Origin: Blasia pusilla
Taxonomy: Eukaryota
Direction of reading: 5' to 3'
NCBI GenBank assembly: GCA_050084515.1
Contig: CM114271.1
Span: 40,424,001 to 40,488,000, forward strand
Length of the DNA: 64,000 nt
Within the stretch, counting starts at the first letter, position 1. Every line of letters begins with the position of its first letter. Below are positions 36,807 to 50,482 of the stretch, in pieces. The translations under genes and the position numbers were made by a program. The notes beneath the pieces were generated by a model. The model did no database searches and was not told the DNA's origin. It was given only the letters and a program-made list of their open reading frames with translations.

Positions 36807-39603
36807 GTCCGCTGGCTCTCTATGTCGTCGTCACGATAGATCTCTACCTATCGGCTACTTAGATGTGACAGCTGTCGTACACATACACATCGCTAGTCAC
36901 ATCCACACCACACAACATCAATCTTCCCCACACACGGGTAGATCCACACATGTACGTAAATCACTCATAAATATACATAGAGATCACACAATCGCCCCCT
37001 TAACTTGCAGTTGGATCCCCTCAACTCCAGATCGCATATATCATATCTCTCTAACATGATCTACTATGCTATATACATCTCGAACATATCCATCGTCTTG
37101 TGGGAACTACATCAAGAAGGGGGGGGTCAGACATGACATATGCCACCCTTGAGAACAACCATCACATACCAATATGGTGGCTGCATCCCTCGCAGATCCA
37201 CAAAACATACACCTCAAGCATGCAGGTACTATTTCCAAGCTTGGATCCATTGTCCCATCCACGTTCGGAGGATGACATGGCGCACAATTACGCACATAAT
37301 CCTTCCAAACCATACCATCTCGTCCCTCCGATATGAGGACTCCAGTCGGTAACACCTCGCGCACACGTAGAATCGTGTGCCTTGCAGTGACACCTAGCGT
37401 CGTGGATGCCACCTGCTATAAATACACGTAATCTCTAGGATGAAACCTCCTAATCCCTGGACAATAACCTCCTCCACGAATGGTCGGGTACCTCAATGTA
37501 TCCCTATGTTGAGCAATAGCTAAGTTCTCAAAGGCCATAGGCATAACTCTATGAAAAATCTCCGCCCTCTGAGAACATGCTTGTACCCACATATATGGAT
37601 CATCAAGATCTAACACCTCTGCCCTGTCATGTCAAATAGCTGTAGGTAAATCTGGCTCTCTCCCAAAGGGCAAAAAGTATGATGAAAATGATGCCAAGGA
37701 TTCTTGCCGACTGAAGCGATAATCCATAGCCAACCATGGCAAATATAGGTCCCACTCCCTCAATTGTCCCCGTTGTAAGCCATACTTGCGCAATCCTCTC
37801 TTCACCGTTTATACTACTCTCTCTGCCAACCTATCCGCCTCAGGATGATCTCTGGACGTGGTGCGGTAATCTATGAGCGTCTGATCACACAAGGCCTGAA
37901 ACTCTCCCTTGAACTTGGTACCCTGGTTAGTCAACACCTCCGTCAGTACACCAAAGTGACTAAGCACACAATTTAGAAACGCATACGCTATTCCCTTGCT
38001 CACCTTGTCCACCAACTCTATCCACTTCGAGAAATATTCCACCATGACCAACACGTATCTGTAATGACGCCTTGTCAATGGCAAAGTTCCCGCGAAGTCT
38101 AAACTCCACCGATAACCTAAGCCCATAATCGGCAAAGGATGTAATTGCGGAGTGGGAGCATTGAAGGATGCTCGTACTTGATCACATACCATCCATCTGG
38201 CCGCAAACTGCTGTACTCGGGTATGCATGCCGCGCCACCAATATTGAACCTAGAGTAAGTTGTAAGTATGCTTTATTCCAAAATGCCCCAAATCCTCACG
38301 GGTATGTTGCACTACACGTGCTCGCTGGGAAGGATGAGGTACCACATGTATCCTACCATCTTCCCATACCCGCAAAATGTAAGTCCCCTCCCACCTAAAC
38401 CTCATGGCTCTCTGTAGGATCCGATCCCGCTCCCTAACACTCATTGTGCTCGCTATGACGGGAGTACGCAAGAACTCCACAACCTCCATCTTGTCATGGA
38501 TATCACAACCACTTGTCGCCTCCTCACTGACCTTCGGATCCAAGGACTCATCATCCGACCCAACCACTGGAGTTACCACCTGTGATTGACCTGCCGTAGT
38601 CAACCAACAAAGATAGGCATATGCATGCCAACTAGGCACCATCTCCTCATCACTCTCTCCGTGCCATCGAGCTCATGTGTCGTCTCTCTGACTCGAACAT
38701 GGGTTACAACTCAACCCATCTGCATCCTGGTTCAGCCAACCTAGCCTATGAACCACCTCGAACTCATACTCTTGTAATAATAGAGCCCACCTGGAAACCT
38801 TTCCCGTAAGCTTGTCGGACTCCATAAACCATCTCAATGGCTGATGATCACTGATAAGTGTGAAAGGGTTGCCGAATAGATAACACTTGAAGTGTGTCAT
38901 GGCCCACACTACAGCTAAGCACTCTCCCTCATAGGAGCTGTACTTTGCCTCTACAATGTTGTTCGATCGGCTCGCATAAGCCACAACGAGCTCCCTCTCC
39001 TCATCATCCCTCTAAGTAAGCACTACTCCTAAACCCAACATGCTCCAATCCGTATGTAGTTGGAATGGGAGACCCCTAATCGGTCTGTGTAAAATGGTTG
39101 AGGAGATCAACATGTCCTTGAGCTCTTCAAATGCTTGCTCTTCATCATCTCCCCACACAATACTGATCAAGACTCGTCAGCAAGGTCAAAGACTTCACGA
39201 TCGCACTAAAACCCTTGATATACCGTCGATAGAAGTTCGCCAGTCCCAAAAATGCTCGGACTCGACTCACATCTGTAGGGCGTAGAATCTGCGTCATAGA
39301 CTCTACCTTCGTTTGTTAAATACCTAACCCACTCGGATATATGGTGTGTCTCAAGTACTCAATGTGCTCTTGAAAGAATTTGCACTTGTCTAGATGTAAC
39401 TTATTCCATGTAACTGCAATCTCTCGAACACGTCCTCCAGGTGTCGCTCATGCTCCTTAACCATAGAACTGAAGATAAAAATATCATCTATGTAATACTG
39501 TACAAAATCCAAGCTTGCCAGAATCCTATCCATCACTCTCTGAAACTCCGCAGGGGCGTTCTTCAACCCAAACGGTAAGAACTGCCATTGATACAGAAAA
39601 TCT
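36807..39603 (-). mobile_element. 3' half of a second copy of the element-1 family ('element 1b'): RT(part)-RH-IN-PHD-PPT-B-start of A
   Basis: Colinear, high similarity to 17252-20075. B at 36873-36990, junction GACAGCTGTC at 36867-36876. Interrupted in RT by a Copia LTR at 39604. Confidence 0.93.
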
Positions 39604-42332
39604 TATTGAAGATTGAATTATAGTCAAGTTCATGAAACATCTGAACTGCTATATTTGGTACTCATATGAAGTAGGGAAGCTTAATCTTGGTTAGTTACTT
39701 AAGCCCGATTATCTTGACTAGGTTTGGTTAATCACAGTTAGTCTAACTCGAGACTATGGTTAAGGTTAGGGTTAGGGTTGCTTGTACATACCCTATACAA
39801 TTGAGAAGGGGACGAGCCTCCACTCATTATCTCACTCAAATTTTGTTCTCCATGGTGGTGTATGAGTGTGAGGGCCGTTTCCCACCAATTATGCTTCTTT
39901 AGCAGTTTTCCACATGGTATCAGAGCGATAGGAAAACATCATTTGAAATTCTTGGTGTTTAAGGAGAGAAGAGAGGCTCGAGAAGGCACAATTTCAGTTT
40001 GGAAAATCATGTTTTTGTGAGTGAAATCATTTGTCATGGAGTATTCCTCATCAGCAATCGTAGGCGAGAAACTAGATAAGCAAAATTACAATGTCTGGAA
40101 GTTTTGCATGAAACAATTTTTCATGGGTCAAGAACTATGGGAGCTTGTCACAAATGATGAGGCCAAGCCAGAAGGTCACTCAACAGACTTGAATGTTCGC
40201 GCCTGGAACAAACGCGCAAGGCAAGTAATCTACTACATTTCAATAACGATCAGTTTACCAATGATAGGTCACATTCAAGATGTTGGTACTCCGAAGGAGA
40301 CCTCGGATGCAATAAAAAAGTTATTCCAAACATCTACAAAGGCCAGAAAGTTTCAATTGAAACAATAATTGAACGAATTGAAGAAAGGATCGCAGAGCAT
40401 CAATGATTATATTTTGAGTATCAAATATATTGTTGATAAGTTGAATAGTATTGGAGTAACAATAGAAGATGATGATGTGATTTTGTTCATCAAAGCCTTC
40501 CAAGGGATTAAAAGTCCTTTGAGACCTCTATCTCTGTGAGAGAGAAGTATCCAAAATTTCAAGAGTTAGTCCCACGTATTGTTAATCAGTGAAGAGATCC
40601 GCCTAGTGAGCAACGGTAGCTCGTCTAGTCTACAAGAGAGTGCGCTATTTGCATGTTATGGATCAAATAGAGGTAGGGATCATGGAAAAAGCTTATGTGG
40701 TCGTGATGGATATGAAGCATATGGAGGAAGAGGCACTCAATATGACGTTACGCAATGAACTACAAACCAGTATCACAATCACAAGGTGGTGATGGTGGAA
40801 ACCGTTGGGGTCGAGGTCAACAGTAGAGGGTCCCTGGATCTTGCAATTATTGTGGGATAAAGGGTCACTATGCAAAGTTTTGCTTCAAGAAGAAAGCAGA
40901 TATGAGAACAAAAGCCTTACAACAACAAAACTATGTGGAGCAATAACACTAAGGGCAATACCAAGAACAACAAAATTCACAAACGGAGCATCTCTTGATC
41001 ATGACTCATCGTATGGGAGCAATGGTCAAGAAAGACTCGACAAAAAATTGGTATATTGACTCTGGTGCATCAAATCACATGACCTCACAAGCTAAATGGT
41101 TCAGTAGTTTGGAGCCGATGAAAGATCCTACAATTGTGCTCATAGGAGATGACACTCAACTTCATATCACGCATTCCGGTAAAGTTCCAATAGCATCAAA
41201 TGATCTTTGTGCTCTTGGAAATATTCTCTATGTTCCTACAATTGCAAGAAATTTGATTTATGTAGGACAGATAGTAGAACAAGGTTATCAAGTGAAGTTT
41301 AACACACATGGTTGTTTCATTGAAACAATGGATTACCACACTACGATAGCCAAAGGAACTAGATCTGGCATAAAGTTCAAATTATATGTTCTTATGCCAA
41401 AGATTCAAACAACAATGTATAGTCAAACCGACCAATAAGTCACAGATCTAAGTATGTGGCATAAGAGAATTGGACATATAAATTTTCAAAGATTACAGAG
41501 TCTTTCATCATCTAATATAGTAATAGTACTTCCTAAATTAGCGAGTCCTGCTACGTTAGAGGTATGTCTTGCTTGCCAATTTGGAAAACAAGCTAGATTT
41601 TTTTTTCCAAAGCAAGATAGAAGAGCATCCAAGATATTGGAGTTGATCCACAATGATGTATGGATAACATCACAACATAGCCTTAGAGGTTGCCAGTACT
41701 TTGTTTCATTTATTGATGATTGCTCTAGGTATATATGGGTATACTTTTTGAAAGCCAAGTCATAAGTATTCTCAGTGTTCCAAACATTCAGAGTTCTAGT
41801 AGAGAAGCATATTGGAGATCACATTCTAAAGTTGGGTTATGATGCAAGAGGAGAGTATCTTTCAACCGAGTTTGATGACTATTTACGTTAGAATGGCATC
41901 CAACTTCAAGTGACTTGCCGTTATATTCCACAAAAAAAATGGAGTGGTTAATAGGAAGAATCGACATGTTGCTAAAGCGACACGAGCTATGCTGAATGAG
42001 AAGAACATGCCTAAGGTATATTGGATAGAGGCCGTAGCATGTGTAGTCTCCTTAATCAACCAAACTCCAACAACAAGAGTTCATGATAAGACTCCATTCG
42101 AAGTCTTCACATGAAGTAAACTGATTTTTCCTTCTTGAAAGTATTTGGTTGTATTTTTTATGCTCATGTTCATTCTGAAAGACGTCAAAAATTAGACCCC
42201 AAATCTGAAAGATGTATATTCATTGGCTACGTTGATGGAACTAAGAGGTATAAGTGCTACATTCCATCCTCTACGAAGCTTATTATTAGTCGCGATGTTG
42301 TCTTTGATGAGCTAAAGTCAAAGCAACTATAG
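39604..42332 (+). mobile_element. Ty1/Copia 5' half: LTR (39604-39914), tRNA-iMet PBS (39915-39926), gag, protease, integrase; degenerate
   Basis: ...TTCCACA|TGGTATCAGAGC; KLDKQNYNVWKF; WYIDSGASNHMT; WHKRIGH; C..CQFGKQ; FIDDCSRY.WVYFLK; KLDPKSERCIFIGY; SRDVVFDE. Confidence 0.93.
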
Positions 42333-42527
42333 ATTGCTTCTTTGAAGCCCAACTTATAACTGCGCTTCCCAAAGTAAATGAATAAGCAGATGTGGAATGT
42401 CGATCAGACACGCTGTCGTGTTGAGAGCCTTTCTTTGAGTAAGGGCGGACCTTCTAGCTTCAGCAAATGTGGTTGATGCAAGTAGAATTTTATAAGAATT
42501 TCTCTTGTTTTTAGTATAGAATTATCA

Positions 42528-43647
42528 TGTAAACCCTCCATTCTCTCACGACAAGAATCACGAAAGATAGATCACTTCTTCATAACATGGAATCCCAAAT
42601 TTCCTCACTATAAAGTACCTATAAACTACTTTACGTTTGTACACAAGGAAAATAGCACAACTAGTGTTAAATCATATTCGAGCAGGCCTATTGATGTCCA
42701 TGGATAATTATATAGGGATATACAAAGTGCAATCCCATGTCCTTCCGTACGTGACTATAGGAGTTGGAGATTGCATGACTTGGTTCATGAACGCGTCCCC
42801 AAAGTGGCAAACTAGATAGCGAGTGAACGAGTGCCTATCTACAAAGAGAATCTTCACGTGATACGGGTTAAAGAAAGGAAAATCCGGCATAACACGTGCT
42901 CCACCTCTATCCATACTTGACAAACATCCTCTACTCTCTTCTAGGATGAGATTTGGCGGAGTTGCTCTCCCAAGAGGGGTAACCCACTCTCATTGAGAAA
43001 ATAACAAGCGAAACCATCCTCTATTTCTGGTATAACTAAACTCATCTGAGGTGACAAGTCTCTCATCTTCACACATACCACACTCTAGAAACCTCTCGAA
43101 GAATAGATCAAGGTCAAGTTACTCTCCCAAGATGGACAATCCACTCTCATTGGAAGAGCAAACAATCCCAAAGCCATACACTCAAGAATGACATGGGAGA
43201 CTCAAGATGTGAAGTAGAAGGTGATGAACTCTTGAAGGTCTCTCCTCTTTATATACTCACAAGGGATCCACAAGAGTATGAAATAGGGCTAATCTTATCT
43301 TATGCCACATGGCTTCCTGTCAAGGCTTAACCAAACACATTTTGACAAAAGTAGATTATCTCTTATCTCTTCCAAAATATCCTCTTTTACTCCCTTCATA
43401 TCTTCCAAATTACCCCACCAATCCTAGCCACCAACCAATACTACTTTTGCTTTTGTTTCATTAAAGCATTAACCCCACTACTTAACTTTTATAATCCCCT
43501 CTTTTATTTATTATATTTATCCTAAAGTTGGGCTCGCACAAATGAGTAACCCTAAAGAGGTTTAAACATGGGAATTTCATTTTCCTGGGATAATTTTCTT
43601 AATACTAATAAAACTCTCTCTAACACTTAATGATAGAGGAGTTTACA
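42528..43647. repeat. Probable solo LTR of another family
   Basis: TGTAAAC...GTTTACA termini, non-coding, internal TATA at ~43249. Flanks (tatca/tagcg) are not a clean TSD. Confidence 0.5.
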
Positions 43648-43662
43648 TAGCGGATGATTTTA

Positions 43663-45090
43663 CTATACGACAACGCTTCTTGCCCAATCAACATCTGTGA
43701 ATCCCTGTAATTGAAAACTCATAGAAGGTTCAAATTGAAGCCCGAATTGAACAGAGAATTTCACATACTGCATAATCCTCCTCACAACATCAAGGTGAGG
43801 TTTCTGAGGTGCTTGCATAAATTGGCTCACTAGGCCAACAACATAGCTCAAATCTGGCATGGTTATAGTTAGATAAATCAAACTTCCAACCATGCGTACC
43901 TACATATTAGAATCTCCTAGAAAATCTCCTTCTTCCACTCTTAGCTTCACACTCTGGTCCAATGATGTAGAGATTGGCTTACAAGCCGTCATACCATATT
44001 TTGAAAGCATATGAAGAGCATATTATCGTTGTAGTAACCACATGCTCTCTCCAACATTGATAAATTAAACACCAAGGAAGTACTCGAGTTCTCCCAAGTC
44101 TTTCATATCAAATTCTGCTTGTAACTTCAGCTTGACTTGTTGTACCATTTCTTCATTTTTCATAGTAATCAAGAGATCGTCAACATACAACACAATGATA
44201 ATCGTATGAACTTTTGCTCTCAAGACATATAACGAGGAGTCAGAATCATATACCCTAAAACCCAAATCTTGTAGGATATATGTAATCTTGCCATACCAAG
44301 CTCTTGGAGCTTGTTTGAGCCAGTATAGAGCTTTCTTCATCTTGCATACGCGAAATGAAAACTTTGGATTCTGGTATCTAGGTGATGGAGTCATAAATAC
44401 CTCCTCGTATAGATCTCCATTCAAGAAGGAATTTTTGATGTCTATGTGATGTAATCTCCACTTCTTACTTACTGCAACTGCAACCACTATTCTCGTAGTC
44501 ACCATCTTTGCAACAAGGCTAAATTTTTCCTCATAATCGATGCCATATTGTTGTACATAGCCCTTAGCCACCAATCTCGCTTTGTATCTATTAATTGTAC
44601 CATCTTGATTGCGCTTGATTTTTGTAAATCTATTTGCAACGAGTAGCTTCCTTACCGGAAGGTATATCAAGCACCTCTTATGTCTCTTGATGTCTTAATG
44701 CAACAAGCTCTTCCTTTATAGCTTCAATCCATTCAACTTTACTTGCAGCTTCTTCAAAACAACTCGGCTCTTGTTCTTGAAGGGTAGTTATCATATATGC
44801 ATGATGTGGTGTAAAGAAACCTTCATTTATGAATCTATGAACAGGATGTGTAACTCTACTTGATCTACAAATTTATTGTTTAGAGGTAGATGCCTCTTAC
44901 ACCTGACGCGAGCTCTGACTAGTGTCAACAGACTGAATACATACTCTTCCCGTCCATGGACTCACAGATTTAATTGAAGAATCTAGGATCTCCCCTAATC
45001 CTACACTAGTACTTGGGGAATTTGAAGGCAATATTTGTTGGTTTACAATCATATTCTTCCCCTAAACAAATGAGTTTAGAGATGGAATAG
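43663..45090 (-). mobile_element. Ty1/Copia IN-RT linker and reverse transcriptase (RVT_2), inverted relative to 39604-42332
   Basis: RYKARLVAKGY.Q.YGIDY, FLNGDL.EEV.M, KALY.LKQAPRAW, LYVDDLLI, DLGEL.YFLG, VGSLIYLT. Confidence 0.92.
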
Positions 45091-45096
45091 GCTCAT

Positions 45097-46803
45097 ATGA
45101 TCTCCAAGTGGATTGAGTTGGTGGCATTACCTGACAAGGCAAGTGAGGGAACGACATATGCGTTTCTTGATAGAGTGCTTAGTCATTTTGGTGCACCAGC
45201 TGAAGCGTTGACCAACCAGGGTACAGAGTTTCAAGGTGAGTTTCAGGTCTTGTGTGACAAGGCATTGATTGATCATCGGACCACGTCTCAAGATCATCCA
45301 GAGGCGGATGGTTTGGCTGAGCATGTGATTCAGACGGTGAAGAGGGCATTGCGCAAGTACGGCCTACAAAAGGGGCATCTTGGAGATTGGGATATTTAGT
45401 TTCCATGGTTAGCCATGGGGTATAGGTTCAGTCGCCAAGCATCCTTGGCTTGCTTCTCACCTTATTTTCTGTTATGCGGACAAGATCCAAACTTGCCAGC
45501 AACAATTCGTCGGGAGTCTAGTGAGATGTTGAACCTTGATGACCCAAAGATGTGGATGAGAGTGTGTTCTCAGCGGGCAGAGCTCTTTCGGAGAGTTATG
45601 CCAATAGCCTTTGAGAACCTTGCCATTGCTCAACACAGGGATACGTTGCGGTATGCAACCATTTGGTGTGGAGGTTATCGACCATCGATTCGTAGGTTCC
45701 ATGTGGGGGACTATGTCTATTTGCAGCAGATTGCACCAACAACGTTGGATGTGACGGCATGCCGCACTATTTTACGAGTGCGCGAGGTGGTAGCTTTTGG
45801 AGTTCTCATGTTGGAGGGTCGTGATGGAGTTGTTTGGAAGGACCATGTGCATAATTGTGCGCCATATCATCTTCCAAATGTGGATGGTAATGTTGACCCA
45901 AGCTTAGCCATGATACGTGCATGTTGTGTGGGTCTGCTGGTAACGTAACCCGTAGGTTGGTGTGTGATCGGTGTTCTAGGGGTTGGCACATGATGTGTTT
46001 GACACCATGTATGGATGGTGTTCCTATTGGAAGGTGGGTTTGTCCTCGATGTACTTAGGAGAGGTAGATGACTTGATCTTTGCATGATATGGATTACATA
46101 TGGGCGACTAACAATGGGGCAACCTAGCACCCGGCCTTTTGATTCGTGCACCCAAGAAGGTGTATAGCATGTAGTAGATGTATAGGGCTACCTGGGAGTT
46201 AGAGGGACCTAACTGCCAGTTAGGATGGCGAGTTGTGGTACACTTGTGTTTGTGGATACTCTCGTTTATGTTATGTATGTATGTGAGTATGGTATGTCAG
46301 CGATGTATGTTGAATGACGATGTGGATTCGCACGACAGCTGTCATGACCATACGGATTATGTCGTAGAGTATAGTGTGCTAGTAGAGGCCATACCTTATG
46401 TAGGGCCGTAGTGTCTAGGTAGAGATGCGGTTTCATACATAGAGTTGGGGGTTACTCCGTTGAAGGTGACTTTTCCAGTAGGGCACGCTCTTAGGTTGGA
46501 GGATATAGTGTGGAGTGCACTCAAAGAACAATTAGTTCTTTGAGTTGAGCCTGTTGCGTTGGGAGTTAGCCTTGGTAGTGAGTAGAGCTCTTGGCTATGG
46601 TGGTTCCCAAAAGCTTCGACCTGGATTCTCCCATCGTGGAGTGGGTTTGGCTCGATTGTATGTTATTCTATACGTGTTTTATGACAGTAGGTCTTTCACG
46701 GATTTCAATTGTGGTACACTTGTGTTTGTGGATGCTCTTGTCTATGTTATGTATGTATGTGAGTATGGTATGTCAGCGATGTATGTTGTATGACGATGTG
46801 GAT
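45097..46803 (+). mobile_element. 3' part of a related Gypsy-like family ('element 2'): IN-PHD-B1(46234-46337)-A2(46340-46707)-B2(46710-46803, truncated)
   Basis: Integrase similar to element 1, with PHD remnant LVCDRCSRGWHMMCL..WVCPRC. B duplicated on both sides of A. Junction GACAGCTGTC at 46334-46343. Confidence 0.92.
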
Positions 46804-49800
46804 ACTCCCAACCGGGAGCTATCAGTCGCATGATCTGGTCTCAACTATACAGAAAACTTCTCCCGTGTCATGAATTGAGACCTATCATTGGCTCCTCCAA
46901 GTGATGTTTGAATATGGAATGGGCAAGGCTCAAGCTCTGACCTCCAAATACCCAAACCAATATATACCGCCTTTCCCAACATCAAAGGTTGGACACCACA
47001 GTCTAAGAAGACTCTATCTGGTCTATACACATGTCCTGTAGGACTCACCAATCGGAATATCCCACTCCGGTTGTCCAACATACATACACCAAGTGTAAGC
47101 CTCTCACGATCAATGGCTGGCCGGGCTGGTAATGCATCCATCTTCGCCGCTGTTGCCTGCCAAGTAGCACCGGTACTCTATGCTACACGTGACATAGAGG
47201 GTGGCTCCACCGCAACACTCTCATCCACCTCAGCACGTGTAACAGTAATACCCCCACGTTCACACAATGTGGGTACCAGCTGAAATAAAGGAGCTAAGTC
47301 AACTCCTAAAGCCATCAGTTCCATGGCCGAAAACAATGGGGATCCCAACACTAAAGTTGCCATCCACAATACTGCACTGGATGCTGCATCCGTATCTACT
47401 ACACGCAATGTAGATGCCTCAGTCCCCACTTTCGGAAGCAAGGACAATACGGCATTGGATGCTCCACATGTCCAACATGATTGTCCTTGCTGCAAGTGGG
47501 GACTGAGGCATCAAATGAAGGTAATGGTCTCTGCGCAAGTGTCCCTCTAGGACCTGACTGAGGTCGTGTGTACCCCCCACGACTCCCACTACTACTACCA
47601 CCATCACTACTAGGAGACTGTGAGATGGGCTGCTGAACACGAGAAGTAGTAGTTGTATCCCTGCTGAATGCGGATGTCACCTCTTTCTCCTTCACCATGT
47701 TAAGCTCAATCTTCTCAGATAGAGCAAACACATGGGTCAATGTGGGTGAATCATCACTCATAAGAGTAGCATCACGTATCCTGCGGCGCAACTCTCTGTC
47801 CAAGATCCCATACCAAAACTGGAGTGCCTGAGCCTTAGTCACACCCTGGGTAACTGAAATCAAGCGTCGCATACGAGTGTATGCCTCACGAAGACTCTCA
47901 CCAGTATTTCGCTCAAATTCCTGAAGACTCCTAAACTTCTCTGTCTTCACTCCATGATAGTTCTTCTTCAACCTCTTGAAGAACTCTACAACCGGGCTGA
48001 ACGATGGTGGGGCACTAGTACCTCCACTAGTACTCCCATGGGTACCTCCACTGGTACCCCCACTCTGGCTCGTACTCGTACCACTCAACGTTGGGCTGGT
48101 TGGCATAGTAGGAGCACTACTACCAATACCACCATGGGTGATAGACACATAGCCTGGAGACCAATATTGTCTCCATGCCTCAATCTCAGCAACATGGTCC
48201 TTCCTAAACTCATGGTAATCATCCATGGGTGGTCCCTCCAAGTGCTGAAATAACCCCTTCCAAGCCAAGAAGGATGTAAATAACGTGGCGTTCCGCAACA
48301 TCCGCATATCACACCACGTATCAAACTCCTGCATAAAGTCCTCCAACTCAATGGTGCCCACTGCATCCGAGTATCGTCGTGGGCCCTTCATGGCCCCATA
48401 TATCCCGTCCATGTCTCGAATCAATGGAGCTGCAACACTCGATAACAACGTAGAAGACTCGGTGTTTGGAACACCCTCGTCCTCCTCTTCATCAACCGTC
48501 AGAAGTGGAAAAGGTAGCCGATACCTCAATCCACTCCGTGTAAAACCACAACTGTCCGCACCACGGTCGCCAACCAAACCACCAGACAGCTCCGTGATGA
48601 CCAAGGCCGATGCCGCACCACCACCAAATTACCACCACTAAGTAACCAAGTGACGTCAATGTCGCTGTACTATTCTAGCTCTACTAGCTATGGGTATAGG
48701 CAACCTAACCTGTCATCACCACAAGAAGCCTCCCACGGTCTACTGGTCATCACTCCAGCCTCACTACCGGTAGCACACATGAGTAACACTACTCTGGAAA
48801 TGAGCGTCAACCCTAACAATGGGCGCGCAAGCAAGAAGCAACGATGGAGGGGATCCAAACACAGGAAGTCCAACGACAACCCTCCAATCGCAAATGGAAA
48901 TCAAGGTAACACAATCCACCAAAGTGGCGCCCCCTGAATCCACAGAACCCACCACACAATTCTAACGCAATAGCTACTCCGCCGTGGGTCGATGACGTGC
49001 TAGTCGGACTCGCAGCACCTAAAAATATCACCTGCATGGAGAGGCTACACCGTACTATGCGCTAGAGGTCCATCAACCAAAAAATTGAGATGCATAAAGC
49101 GCCTAACACATCTCCGAATAGCACCAAATGAGCTACACCAGTGTGTACACTGGCATAGTTAAGAACTCAGCAGTTAAGAGTCTTCCAAGCAGAATAGCCC
49201 AAAGATGGGTGACCAGTTATGCAACACTCAAATCTCAAATCCTGCAAAAATTGCCTCACGCCCAAGCTTGCTTGCTTGCTCCTTACTCCGCCTCTCACAC
49301 CCACTCATCCCGAGCTACCACGAGTTGCCTCGAAGCCTCGAAACGCCGAGAATTGCTCGAGACATGCCCCTATCGCCACGCTTCGCCATGCTTGGCTATG
49401 GAGAGAGGCCCAACCAGGGCGCCCCCAACGGGATAGGCATCTCCAACAACGAACGAGTCACCAACCAACCAGCCCCTCCGATCTGCTATCCACCATAGCT
49501 ATCTGACCTTGAGCTAGTCCGCAAAATTTTGATCAGCAATTACTCCACAAATCCTCAACCAAAATTGAATCTATTTCAACCAGAATTCAATTGACCACCA
49601 TAGCTATCTCTCCACAAAAAATCAGCTACAACCGATCTATGTACTCCGAGCTAAAAATCAGACAAACTTGTTGTCCATACACCTCAAGAATCGCAAATCC
49701 GACAGCGCTTCCGCCCAGATTCATGCACGCAGAAATCCGCAACGCTCCACACACTCAAGCGGATAGCTTCACATGAGATCACAATACAAGTAGCAATAGG

Positions 49801-50482
49801 AACCTCTCACCCGATCTGGATGAACTTCAACAAAGCTTGCGCACTCCAAGCTCTCAACATCAGAAAATCGTCGAACACGAACCAGAATCTTCAATCCTTG
49901 ATAACTTCCAACTCCCATGACGAAATCCGGCGATCTAAAGCGCGTTGGAATGCTCTCAGCAAGGCAATTCTTTCCCTACCAACCACGTACCAAATTCCCA
50001 ACTCCAACATAGGCCACAAGCCACGAACATCCACGGCTGAGTACACAATCAGCCCTAACCAGATCCTAGTGATCCATAATCGAAGCTACCATTGATCTAC
50101 TCTAGTTCTTTGAGTGAAATCCGTGAAAGACCTACTATCATAAAACATGTATAGAATCACATACAATCGAGCCAACCCCACTCCACGATGGGAAAATCCA
50201 CGTTAAAGCTTGCGGAAACCACCATAGCCAAGAGCTCTACTCACTACCAAGGCTAACTCCCAACGCAACAAGATCAACTCAAAGAACTAAGTGTTCTTTG
50301 AGTGCACTCCACACTATATCCTCCAACCTAAGAGCGGGCCCTACTGGAAAAGTCACCCTCAACGGAGTAATCCCCAACCCTATGTATGAAACGGCATCTC
50401 TACCTAGACACTACGGCCCTACATAAGGTATGGTCTCTACTAGCACAATATACTCTACGACATAATCCGTATGGTCATGACA
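46804..50482 (-). mobile_element. 5' part of element 2: A1 (50115-50482), self-priming PBS (50103-50114), leader, gag (48604-47399), protease fragment
   Basis: A1 is the reverse complement of 46340-46707 (TGTCAT...TTTCA). The gag shares TRSG.RYR, FDTWCD, WKGLFQHLEGPPMDDY and ESLREA with element 1. Protease remnant VFLDCGVQPLMLG. Confidence 0.92.

Noticed and set aside
39757-39780. TTAGGG repeats suggesting interstitial telomere
   Set aside because: Only two perfect units, and they lie inside a Copia LTR.
46340-50482. DNA transposon with 368-bp TIRs
   Set aside because: The inverted repeats are the two A segments of element 2, inverted by rearrangement. The enclosed sequence is gag and protease.
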